Shown piece by piece: positions 1-12,106 of a stretch of 64,000 nt of DNA. Below the pieces are notes generated by a model that saw nothing but the letters and a program-made list of their open reading frames with translations, made no database searches and was not told the origin of the DNA. The stretch spans positions 20,522,001-20,586,000 of the forward strand of contig OX597820.1 of assembly GCA_951406725.2 (NCBI GenBank), in the 5' to 3' direction. The position numbers and the translations under genes are program-made. The stretch is from Octopus vulgaris (taxonomy: Eukaryota). Position 1 is the stretch's first letter; the number at the start of each line of letters is the position of its first letter.

Positions 1-282
1 CACCTCTGGAAACATGGGTGGTTCTTTCAACATCCTTAAACAACCCTTATTCAGGGACCGTTTGAGCGGGATGGGTTACTCAACCTGAAGAAAATTCTAA
101 CTGGGCCCCACCTGCAAGGTAATGTGCTGTTTATCTTGATATGAGATCACCATGTCGCGCACATATGGTTGTGATGCATGTGCCTGGTGTACCTTTATCA
201 GACGGGTAGTCATGATGGGTATATTGGGCTTCGTATATTTTACTCCAGTGTCACTTTGATGGCATGAACTGCTCTCTCACTC

Positions 283-330
<48 letters not shown>
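1..330 (+). mobile_element. 3' end/UTR of a non-LTR retroelement ending in an (AAT)n tail (possibly Dong/R4-like)
   Basis: Higher-GC unique sequence running directly into (AAT)n at ~283-330, the same tail architecture as the Dong/R4 copies elsewhere in the window; no coding motif seen. Confidence 0.35.
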
Positions 331-331
<1 letters not shown>

Positions 332-365
332 CTGATGGTGACGATGTAATAAATATATACAATAT

Positions 366-595
366 AGGCGCAAGAGTGACTGTGTGGTAAGTAGCTTGCT
401 TGCTAACCACATGGTTCCGGGTTCAGTCCTACTGCGTGACACCTTGGGCAAGTGCCTTCTACTATAACCTCGAGCCAACCAAAGCCTTGTGGGTGGATTT
501 GGTAGACCGAAACTGAAAAAAGCCCGTCGTATATATATATACATATATTTGTCTAAAGGCGGTGCTCCAATGTGTCCACTGTCAAATGACCGAAA
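366..595 (+). mobile_element. SINE family A (tRNA-like head), internally deleted copy
   Basis: Head GGCGCA.GAGTGGCTGTGTGGTAAG...GGTTCAGTCC (A-/B-box-like) recurs more than 10 times in the window. Confidence 0.8.
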
Positions 596-1503
596 AAAAA
601 AAAAAATGCATTGACCCTATTTCTCTTTGTCACTTAAGCTAAAAGGAACCGCATATGGCAGCAACGGCGGTCACCAGTCAAATTTTACACGTGTGTGTGT
701 TAAACAATTGTCGAAATCTGAATGCAACATTGCGAAAGGAAATATTGGAAACTAATCCGAAATCATCCCGATGTGATAAACAGCATAGGACAATCGGCCA
801 AATGACCGACACCCAGGCTTGTATGTAGTTTGTAGTGAAAACGGTAATCATGTCTACACGAATACCTAACAAACAAGGCGAATATATACTGGAAAAAAAT
901 GATAAATGGGAGAAATATAAGACCCTTGAAAGACGCCCAGAATGAAATCTTAAACACGTAAGAGGCTTTCTATTAATCAAACTCTCTTCCACTGTTAAAA
1001 GTAAAAGAAATAGAAAATATCGATCGTACTCTGTATAATGTTAATGGTAATCTCATTTATAAATGGATCATGGGCTTTTAATGCCCTCCTTCTTTCACAT
1101 CTTTTGTCGACCATTAAAAAAAAAGAAAAGGAAAAGAAAAGTCGATCGTTTATATAGTTACTAAGTGTTTTAAATGACCATGTAGTTTTATCTCAGTTTG
1201 CGGTGCATTGTTAAGCACCGATTCAGAACGAAATAAATTTAAATTTACCTGCATTTACTTGCATCTACTAGGGCAACGATAACATTTAAAAAACCTCAGA
1301 AAAAACGGAATGGATTATATAGAAATATATACTCGCATAATAATAAAATATGCATATAAAAAAAAAACCCTCTCTCAGTGATTCCTCACTTTTATTTCTT
1401 AACAAACTATATTTCTCTCTGTCTCTTAAGCTAAAAACAACTGCAGATGGAAGGAACGGCGGTTACCAAATATATGTGTGCGAATGCAAATTACATATAT
1501 ATA

Positions 1504-1670
1504 TAGGCGTAGGAGTGGCTGCGTGTTAAGTAGCTTGCTTACGAACCACAGGGTTCCGGGTTCAGTCCCACTGCGTGGCACCTTGAATAAGTGTCTTTTA
1601 CTATAGCCTCGGGCCGACCAAAGCCTTGTGAGTGGATTTGGTAGACGGAAACTGAAAGAAGCCCGTCGTA
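1504..1670 (+). mobile_element. SINE family A, head module only
   Basis: Near-identical to 366-530 and 54143-54308. Confidence 0.8.
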
Positions 1671-1814
1671 TTTGAATACCTCGAACAGACACAAACAGTG
1701 AAAGCATTCTCCGATGGAGTGGTGCTTTTGATTTTTGGGACGATGATCTCGTCTTCTTCAAAACTACCCAGGAATATCAAATTGTTACACAGAAATACAC
1801 AAATGTTACAAACA

Positions 1815-1877
1815 ACCAACTAACCAACCAACCAACCAACCAACCAACCAACCAACCAACCAACCAACCAACCAACT
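1815..1877. repeat. (AACC)n microsatellite
   Basis: Direct reading. Confidence 0.95.
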
Positions 1878-1993
1878 AAATAGATAAATCCTTCAAGATC
1901 CTTATAAATCATAAGCTCCAAGATAGTTGATAATCTGCAAAGTAATCTTGTATCCACAACACAACCAAAACCGCACCCAAAATATGTAATATA

Positions 1994-2560
1994 TTGAGTT
2001 GTCCGGAAAGTTCGTGCCGATTTTTAAAGGAAAGAAAAAGGTCAATAAATACTTACTATTACATTTTTAATCCACCAAATATGAATCGTTTTGTTGGACA
2101 GTGCGTCTCCATCTTTCCTTTAACCTGAAAATACTCTCTTCCCAGAACTGAGGTGTGATTTCATGGCAAAGAATTCATCAAGGTATCTTTTTACGTCATC
2201 CAAGGAATTGAAATTTTTACCATTAAGACTATTCTGCAGAGACCTGAATAAGTGGAAATCCGAAGGAGCAATATCTGGTGAGTGTGGAGGGTGCGGTAAC
2301 ACATCCCAGCCAAGCTGCAGCAATTTTTGTCTGGTTCCCAAAGCATCAAGTGCCAAAAGTGAACTTTCTATTCTTCCATTTTAAAGGGTTACAGAATTAA
2401 CACAGGTTATAGGAACATAAATCTTCTTCCACGAAAATATAGCTTAAACTGTACTCTAAATGGAGGTGTAGTCAAATCCTATTTTATGGATTCAACCATG
2501 ATCTAAAATAAGTCGAAAGGTAAGCTACTATAAATCGGCACTAACTTCCGGACAACCTAA
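1994..2560 (-). mobile_element. Non-autonomous internally deleted mariner element
   Basis: TIRs TTGAGTTGTCCGGAAAGTTCGTGCCGATTT / AAATCGGCACTAACTTCCGGACAACCTAA; ORF 2120-2356 has the mariner motif LPHPPHSPDIAPSDFHLFRSLQN. Confidence 0.9.
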
Positions 2561-2899
2561 CAGAAAATACATCATGACTTTTTAATAAGAAATATTAAAA
2601 CAGCGCATCATGTATCCCAAAACTATGTCTAAATGACCGTAAACAGTACTCCACGAAAAAGTGAAGGGGAGGAGATGAAATCATTTTATTATCTATGAAA
2701 ATTTCCAATAGAGATTGGTAGCAACATATATGCCATGCTTGTAATAAAAACAGGTAAAATCTAAGATAATTGTTTTTCTAGGTAACAAATCAATGATGTA
2801 ATAAAAGAGCGGCGGCGGTTAAATTTATTTAGATATGTACAAAGGATGAGGTGAAATGTAAAGTTGGAGAAAGAGAGAAAAGAGGAAAGGAAAGGTCGG

Positions 2900-3520
2900 A
2901 ACAAAAATTAGAGTTAAAGCTAAATGTAAAGTGCAGCATCAAAGCGATCAACTCCTAAGCAGTCTATTGAGATATTCTGCAGTCTTCCTTGAATGATAAT
3001 CGAATTTGTGGAGATTAATCGATGCACTAGAAAACTATTAACAATGCCCAAGGCTCTCACGCATTCAAACCAGTGTTGGTAGATTATATATTAGAAAAGA
3101 GAAAGCGGGAAGAACAAGACTATTCAATATAACAGTCACAGAACACTAGACATTAACAGAATTAAAGAAGTATGTTAGTTGGATTAGTGAAAAGGACCTT
3201 ATATCAGGAAAAATCAATGGCAAATATAAAGAATGAGAAAATATTTGAAAACAAAATAAAAAAGGCAAGTAGAGAAAAATGGAATGGAAATGTGTTACAT
3301 GGTCGATTTGCCAGACAAACCGAAGAGATAACAATAGAATAAAAGTAGGAGTGGCTGAAAAAAATAGGGTTAAACGAGAGAAAGCTGAAAAGTTGATCTT
3401 GCTTTCATAGAATAAGTGATTAAGACTTTGTTTAAAACAAACACAGCCAGAAAACATTCTTATTGTAGGTGTCGGGTGTGTGGTAAAGTATACAAACATG
3501 TCGGTCATTGAATGCGAGAA
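2900..3520 (+). mobile_element. Highly decayed Dong/R4-like LINE fragment
   Basis: Broken translation KWNGNVLHGRFARQTEE...EWLKK resembles WEEKPLHGKYVARS...QWLRS of the Dong/R4 ORF at 31400-32272. Confidence 0.5.
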
Positions 3521-3544
3521 TGAAGCAAGATGATAGTCAAGCAG

Positions 3545-3705
3545 GCATGGTTAAGTGGGTAAGAAGCTCGCTTTTCAATCACGTGGCTTCGGGTTCAGCC
3601 CCACTGCACAGGAACATAGGCAAATGTCTCCTATTATAGCTCCGGGACGACTGATAACTTGCTAGCGGATAAGATAGGCAGAAACTGTGTAGAATGTTGA
3701 CGTGT
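3545..3705 (+). mobile_element. Diverged SINE family A-related head
   Basis: GGTAAGAAGCTCGCTT...GGGTTCAGCCCCACTGC...GGCAAATGTCTCCTATTATAGC. Confidence 0.6.
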
Positions 3706-3730
3706 ATATACATGTATATATATATATTTT

Positions 3731-3768
<38 letters not shown>

Positions 3769-3847
3769 AATTCAGGGTGAATACTTGATAAATGTAAGCA
3801 CCTGTATATGCCAGTTAGTGGCATAGGTGATAGGTTTCATTTGATAA

Positions 3848-3908
<61 letters not shown>

Positions 3909-4012
3909 TATAAGGTGTGTTATGAGCATTTATAGAACACATATCCTATATAAACTCAACAAACAATTAAAGATGGAGAAGAGATGTTAAAAGTTTTATA
4001 AAATTTTAATCC

Positions 4013-4131
4013 ATGCATAAGATCGTTTCGAATGGTAACACCAGCATGTAAGAAAACATGGAAAAAAATTAAATTAATTATAATTATAATTAATTTAATT
4101 TAATTACATATTACCATTCTCATCAGAGCAA
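4013..4131 (-). ncRNA. Degenerate type-I hammerhead ribozyme in a PLE-LTR-like island
   Basis: Minus strand CTGATGA-GAATGGTAA...TTACCATTC-GAAAC-GATC-TTA; 9-bp stem II is perfect, stems I and III have mismatches. Confidence 0.6.
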
Positions 4132-4339
4132 AAAGAAGAGTACATCAGAAAGATTGTACCAGAAGAATATTATGTTGTTACAGGAGACTATATGGAGTCC
4201 GTGTCACATAACTCATTCGGATATTCATAAAATGACTATGACAGATGAAATATAATTATATGCTTAGGTAGTGTTGAGTCTAGTTGTGTAATAACTAGTT
4301 ATTACATGGCAGATCGACCATGTAACACATTTTCATTCC

Positions 4340-4595
4340 ATTTTTAGGGAGGGGACCAGTCGATTAGATCAACCCCAGTACGCAACTGGTACTTAATTTA
4401 TCGAGCCCGAAAGAATGAAAGGCAGAGTCGACCTCGGCGGAATTCAAATTTCATCCCATATTCTATTCTACTCTAGGCACAAGGGCCGAAATTTTGAGGA
4501 AGAAGGGGCCAGTCGATTATATCGACTCCAGTGCGCAACTGGTACTTAATTTATCGACCCCGAAAGTATGAAAGGCAAAGTCGACCTCGGCGGAA
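4340..4595 (-). mobile_element. Two partial SINE family B units
   Basis: Core CTGGTACTTAATTTATCGACCCCGAAAG..TGAAAGGCAAAGTCGACCTCGGCGGAATT present twice. Confidence 0.8.
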
Positions 4596-4921
4596 TTACG
4601 ATGGAATCCTATGAATCCCATTTCATATATGGTGATGACGACAACGCCGACGATGCTGATTACTACGATAATGATGATGACAAAGACAACAAAGACGATC
4701 GTAGTTGCGATAGTGATGGCGGTAGTGATAAAGATGGTGGTGGTATGGTGGTGGTGGTGGTGGTGATGGTAATAATAGCATTAGTGATTGTAAAGTTGAT
4801 GAAGAGGACTATGATCTTGATGCTGCTGGTATTGTTGCTACAGCTGTTGCAGCTGCTGATGATGATGATGGTGGTGGTGATGGTTCTGGTGGTGGTTTTA
4901 GTAAGATGTAAGAAATAGTGG

Positions 4922-5225
4922 TGTGGAGGCACAATGGCCCAGAGGTTAGGGCAGCGGACTCGCGGTCGGAGGATCGCAGTTTCGATTCCCAGACCGGGCA
5001 TTGTGTGTGTTTATTGAGCAAAAACACCTAAAGCTTCACGAGGTTCTGGCGACCCATGTTGTACTCTTTCGCCCCAACTTTCTCTCACTCTTTCTTCCTG
5101 TTTCTTGAGTAAACGCTGCGATGAACTGGCGTCCCGTCCAGCTGGTGGGGAACACATACGCCATAGAAACCGTGAAACCGGGTCCATGAGCCTGGCTAGG
5201 CTTGAAAAGGGCGCAAAAGAGGAAA
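4922..5225 (+). mobile_element. SINE family C (tRNA-derived)
   Basis: tRNA-like head TGGCCCAG.GGTTAGGGCAGCGGACTCGCGGTCGGAGGATCGC.GTTTCGATTCC; copies at 14368, 39815(-) and 56717. Confidence 0.85.
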
Positions 5226-5808
5226 AAAAAATAATAGTGGTAACGGTGGTAACGAGAACAGCAAGACGACGATGACGGCATTTTTGATGATAAAATTCAT
5301 GATAATGATGACGACGACACCGATGACGACGACACCGATGACGACGACGACAATGACGACGATGGAGGCAGCGGTGGTAGCGGCGATGGCGAGACAGAGA
5401 TAGAAAATATGAGCAAACTGATTTTTAAATTCAGAGAAAATGGAAATTAATAAAGCTTATGTATTTCCCATCTGCATTAAACACAAAATGATGATATCCA
5501 TAAAAGAAAGCAACAACAAAAAACAAAAACAATAAATATAATGATACCGAAAAAAAAATAAAACATGCAATAATGATAACAAGAACAAAAAGAAAAAAAA
5601 GAATAAAATAAGAGACAGATTTCAATAATTGTTATTTTATCACTTTTATAGTTTCATCGGAATTCCTGCCTTTTCTGTCCAGCGGTATCTCCAAGGACTC
5701 TATATTCGCCTTCATGTCAAAATCTGCTATCTTCTTTGTTTATACATCTTTTATTACACATATTCTCTATGCATGCAGTATCTGTTTACAATCCCCCTAT
5801 TGCCTCCG

Positions 5809-6592
<784 letters not shown>

Positions 6593-7225
6593 GTTCTACT
6601 TCACTCCATTTCATGCGCGTATCAATATTAGTTATTGCAATTCATACACTCACGTACATTTATTTGTCTTCATCTGAATTTTATAGTTCTCATTCCATAT
6701 CGCATTCTATAAGCACATGCTCTCAAATATCCTCCCACTCTCTCTCTCTCTCTCTCTCTCTTTGGTTTTCCTCCCGTATACCACACGAATCTTCTTCCAA
6801 TTCCGTTTACATAACGTTATCTAACAATATATAAATATATAACTATATGTATATATACACACATATTCTTACATTCATACACACATACGTACATACATAC
6901 ATACATACATACCTACGTACACAACACAGACACAGAAACAAACATACACACACACACATTCTCCTTTTATACTCAGAGTCAACGAGCAAACAAAACGCTT
7001 TGTTTTCACGCGTGCAATTGATGAGGGTTTGGTTTAAAATGTGTTTATGTGTTATGTTTATATGTAAGTATTAAAGATCATGGGGTAGCAATCATGACTT
7101 GTTATCGCAAACCCATAGTAACCATATCTTTATTTCATGTACGCATCCTTGAACTTCAAAAACAAAAGGTATAGCGTACTCCGAAAATGAACGATACGAA
7201 CATACGCTCATAAATAAGTTATATG

Positions 7226-7823
7226 TTTCTTTATTACCCACAAAAGGCTAAACATAGAGGGGACAAACAAGGACAGACAAAGGGATTAAATCGATTACAT
7301 CGACCCCAGTGCAAAACTGGTACTTTATTTATCGACCCCGAAAGAATGAAAGGCAAAGTCCACCTCGGTGGAATTTGAACTCGGAATGTAACGACAGACG
7401 AAATACCTGTTTCTTTATTAACCACAAGTGGCTAAACATAGAGGGGACAAACAAGGACAGACAAACGGATTAAGTCGATTACATCGACCCCAGTGCGTAA
7501 CTGGTACTTAATTTATCAACCCCGAAAGGATGAAAGGCAAAGTCGACCTCGGCGGAATTTGAACTCGGAATGTAACGACAGACGAAATACCTGTTTCTTT
7601 ATTAACCACAAGTGGCTAAACATAGACAGGACAAACAAGGACAGACAAACGGATGAAGTCGATTACATCGACCCCAGTGCGTACCTGGTACTTAATTTAT
7701 CGACCCCGAAAGGATGAAAGGCAAAGTCGGCCTCGGCGGAATTTGAACTCAGAACATAACGGCAGACGAAATACGGCTACGCATTTCGCCCGGTGTGCTA
7801 ACGTTTCTGCCAGCTCGCCGCCT
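7226..7823 (-). mobile_element. SINE family B, tandem trimer (~180-bp units)
   Basis: Three core+tail units, head GGCGGCGAGCTGGCAGAAACGTTAGC at the 7823 end. Confidence 0.85.
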
Positions 7824-8246
7824 TAATACGCTTATAAATAAGTTATAACTCATCAATGCGTAAATAAACTCAATGTAAATAGAGAATCATTTCAAAATTG
7901 AAAGAATAATCACCGACACTACTTAAGATATGACAACCATTAAATCTTACAGTTTCTAATTTTGGAAACAAAATGGCCTCACATTGATTTTTTAATTATT
8001 TGTGAATAAAAATGTAAATGTCTAAATTTCCTTTAAGAATTTCTTTCACTTGTTATGTATTTATCGGTCGCACTGCTGCCAGCTACTTTTATTGATAAGA
8101 TTTCCTTTTCTTGTACGATGTAATGAATCAATGGGTGAGAAATCGTTACAACTACCAATGCGGTTGTTGCTGCAGAGAAAATATTTTCGGTACCTTTAAC
8201 AGGCATTATATGGGGCACTCTCAAAATATTGTGATATCGTCAAATA

Positions 8247-8638
8247 TCTCTCTATATATAAAGCTGAAGTTGTCTGTGTATGGCAGGTTTGGTAGCCTTC
8301 AACTAACACTATCTCCTCTGAGACCCTGCGGCGAAAGTTGACCAAAATTGAAAGTATTATAGAAGAAGACTTGTTCTTCTTTCGCAGAAGAAAAAATTCA
8401 AATCGGACCATGTTAACACAAAAAATTGTTTACATCAAAAAGGTGCATTTTTTCTATGAAAATCCCGATTTTTTACGATTTTTTGACTGCTGTGTCGCCA
8501 TTTTTCGGTGTATTTCAACCCCAAAAAACTGTTCACTTAAAGAGAATAACAAGCTGCATAATGCAAAATTTTACTTTTCAAAAATTCCAATTCCAAAGGG
8601 TCGAAACAAACCCGAGCAACGCCGGGCGATAATGCTAG
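8247..8638 (+). mobile_element. Non-autonomous Helitron
   Basis: Begins TC(TCTCTATATATAAAG), ends CTAG, subterminal hairpin CCCG-AGCAACGC-CGGG at 8611-8626, sits between A (8246) and T (8639), no TSD. Confidence 0.85.
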
Positions 8639-8944
8639 TACGATATGAAATTGAATTACTAGCTGTGATTCAGAATTCATTCTAATAGCGCCGAAAAATA
8701 AAAATAAATATAAATATAAAAGTGAAAGTGAAAGTAAAGGGCTGGTGGAATAAGTTGTACGCGAGCATGATTGTGTGCTTAAGAAGTATACAATTCATTT
8801 TCAAGATTGCAGGTTCGATTTTTATGTGCAGTTCATTATGTATGGTTCTTTGGAGAAGTGTATGTTGCAAAAACATCGGATTGACTAATACCTTAGGAGT
8901 GGAATTTGGTTGACGGAAACGATGACGGAAACAATGTGAAAATA

Positions 8945-9700
8945 AGGCGGCGAGCTGGTAGAATCGTTAGCGCGCCGGGCGAAATGCTTAACGGTATTTC
9001 GTCTGCCGTTACGTTCTGAGTTCAAATTCCGCCGAGGTCGACTTTGCCTTTCATCCTTTCGGGGTCGATAAATTAAGTACCAGTTATGCACTGGGGCCGA
9101 TGTAATCGATTTAATCCGTTTGTCTGTCCTTGTTTGTCCTCTCTGTGTTTAGCCCCTTGTGGGTAGTAAAGAAATAGGTATTTCGTCTGCCGTTACGTTC
9201 TGCGATCAAATTCCGCCGAGGTCGACTTTACCTTTCATCCTTTCGGGGTCGATTAAATAAGTACCAATTACGTACTGGGGTCGATATAATCGACTTAATC
9301 CGTTTGTCTGTCCTTGTTTGACCCCTCTGTGTGTAGTAAAGAAATAGGTATTTCGTCTGCCGTTACATTCTGAGTTCAAATTCCACCGAGGTCGACTTTG
9401 CCTTTCATCCTTTCGGGCTCGTTAAATTAACTACCAGTTACGCACCTGGGGCGATGTAATCGACTTAATCCGTTTGTTTGTCCTTGTTTGTCACCTCTGT
9501 GTTTAGCCCCTTGTGGGTAGTAAAGAAATAGGTATTTCGTCTGTCTTTACGTTCTGAGTTCAAATTCCGCTGAGGTCGACTGTGTTTTTCATCCTTTCAG
9601 GATCAATAAATTAAGTACCAGTTTAGTACTGAGGTCGATCTTATCGACTGGCCGCGTCTTCCACAATATTGGGCCTTGTGCTTAGAGTAGAAAAGAATAT
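8945..9700 (+). mobile_element. SINE family B, tandem tetramer
   Basis: Head at 8946, three core+tail-1 units, last unit with the alternative tail (...GGCCTTGTGCTTAGAGTAGAAAAGAAT). Confidence 0.85.
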
Positions 9701-9968
9701 CAGTACCGTCTTTGTATGTGTACTTCGCTTTGAGGTTCTTCCAAATTCTGAAACGGCTTTTTGCTATGAGGAATTGTCGGATGATTAAAAAGTTAGAGAA
9801 AAGGATGCAAGTGGAAGAGTTGAATGTGGAAGGATGCAAACGCATACACATGTTGGCCATCCTGGGGCACTACCCTGGAGTGTTTTAGTCGATCAAATCG
9901 ATTTTAGTATTCATTATAAGTCTGCACTTATCCTATTGCACTCTTTTTTACCGCACTGCTAAGTTACG

Positions 9969-10371
9969 GGATCTTTTCGGTTTGAACGGAAGTTTTAGGT
10001 AACTAAAAGATTTTAAACTTCGTATACTGGTAGAATGTGTTTATAAAACATCCTTTTCTCTTGGCTTTATTGAGAAAATTCTATAGTTTGTAAGATATTT
10101 ATTTTTTTTTCCTTCAATTTCTGCAATTTCAACCAATCGATGACGTCCGTTGAGTTAAAAAGCATTCTGTGCCGTATGAATATGTCCCTCGTTTAAGAAA
10201 CAGATTGGGTTTATTTACATTTGTGAAGAAAAATAGATACCCTTCCCCCCACCCCTAACTCTAACCCTAAAAGAGATTGAAATGCAATAGATCTATTCTA
10301 GGGTCATAATTATGGGTGATAATTTCATATGACACCGCCAGAAAAAACTGCCGTTCAAACCGAAAAGATCC
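9969..10371. mobile_element. Non-autonomous TIR DNA transposon (8-bp TSD; Merlin/hAT/P-type), inserted into a SINE A tail
   Basis: TIR GGATCTTTTCGGTTTGAACGG at both ends; TSD AAGTTACG at 9961-9968 and 10372-10379; further copies at 62033 and 63922. Confidence 0.9.
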
Positions 10372-10402
10372 AAGTTACGGGGTACAAACAGTCATCCAAC
10401 AC

Positions 10403-10855
10403 TTATTTCTTTATTTGGTACCACGGCCACAACACAGAGGGGGACACTACAAGGACAGACACAACACCACGGTGACATAAAACATAAAAAGAAAGAGAAT
10501 GGAATGTTATATAAAAATGAAGCATTGAAATGGCTGCATGGGCCCCATTCCCATGCAGTGCCATTTGAACGTTTATACACACTATTTACAATCGTTCTAT
10601 TTTTCTATAGTTTTTTTTTAATCAATTTTTTTTTTAGTCTTTCTTTTTATATGAAACACTTTTATTTTTTCCTTTTTTTTTCTTTCAACAAAACAATTTT
10701 ACTTACTCTTCCCCCCCTTTTAATGCCCCATGAAAGCCTCCACGTCTCTGAGTTCAACTACGGGTGGCAGTTCGTCGAATTCCACGAACGTTCTGGGCGG
10801 GTCAATCTGGTCTCTCCGCACATGTCTCTCAGCCTCTTGTACGTGTCTTTGTCGA
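10403..10855 (-). mobile_element. 5'-truncated 3' end of a non-LTR retroelement (clade uncertain)
   Basis: Flanked by direct repeat CCAACAC (10396-10402, 10856-10862); short reading-frame end (...ELRDVEAFMGH*), UTR stem-loop at ~10527-10567, terminus AATAAAGAAATA. Confidence 0.55.
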
Positions 10856-11462
10856 CCAACACTGATGATGAATCGGTGAGAGTTAAGCACAAAAACGTAT
10901 ATACGGATACATATGCACACACATAAATACATGTATCTTTATGTATGTGTGTGTTTGTAAGTGTGTATGTGTGTGTGTGTTTGTGTGTGTTTGTGTGTTC
11001 ACATCATTACTTTTGCATTTACTTTTTACAGGCAGGATATGTGGTTATGTTGGAACACCGCCATTGGTGTTTGCTTGTTTATATCACTTCATTTCTACGG
11101 CCTTCCGTCCGTGTTTTGTTTTCCGTGAATTAATGTGCAGCAAAAAAAAAAAAATAAAGAAAATAAAGAAACCAAATGGAAGAAACAAAATAAACGCACT
11201 TATCTGCATCTCTTGCTGCGATGCATATTTATCCAGTATCTCAAGCAAAAATAAAAATGAATGTGTTTTTCTTTTAAACATATCTTCGTTCAAATCTCGG
11301 AGATACTTAAGATTTTACGGCAAAATTATTGGAGAGCTTTGGGTCCTTGAACCCTAAGCCCTAGAGAATTAGTGTCTTCATTCTAGATGGAGATAGGGGA
11401 TTATCTAATTCTTCGTACCATGTTGGACATAATTACACACACAACACTTTCTGCACAGTTTC

Positions 11463-12106
11463 TTATTTCTTTATTGCCCACAAGGGGCTAAACATAGAGG
11501 GGACAAACAAGGACAGACAAATGGATTAAATCGATCCCAGTGGGTAGTAAAGAAATATGTATTTCGTCTGCCGCTACGTTCTGAGTTCAAATTCCGCCGA
11601 GGTAAACTTTGCCTTTCATCGTTTAGGGGTCGATTGAATAAGTACCAGTTACGAACTGGGGTCGATATAATCGACTTAATCCGTTTGTCTGTTTTTGTTT
11701 GTCCCCTCTGTGTGTAGCCCCTTGTGGGCAGTAAAGAAATAGGTATTTCGTTTGCCGTTACGTTCTGAGTTCAAATTCCGCCGAGGTCGTCTTTGCGTTT
11801 CATCCTTTCGGGGTCAATGAATTAAGTACCATTTACACACTGGAGTCGGTGTAATCGACTTAATACGGTTGTCTGTCCTTGTTTGTCCCCTCTATGTTTA
11901 GCCCCTTGTGGGCAATAAAAAATAAGAAACATTAGCATGCATGACGAAATGTTTATCGGCATTTAGTTGGTCTTTATGTTCTGAGTTCAAATTCCGCCGA
12001 GGTCGAATTAACCTTTCATTCTTTCGGGGTCGATAAATTAAGCACCAGTTTCGACTGGCCCCCTTCCCAAAAATTTCGGGCCTTGTGCCTAGAGTAGAAG
12101 AGAATA
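11463..12106 (+). mobile_element. SINE family B multimer with an inverted 5' piece
   Basis: 11463-11540 is a minus-strand tail-1, followed by plus-strand core+tail units. Confidence 0.8.

Noticed and set aside
7226-9700. Regularly spaced repeats suggestive of a CRISPR array
   Set aside because: Whole ~180-bp units repeat with no unique spacers, no cas genes, eukaryotic SINE context.
10720-10932. ORF resembling a host terminal exon
   Set aside because: Enclosed by a TSD with a retroelement-like tail; treated as an insertion.
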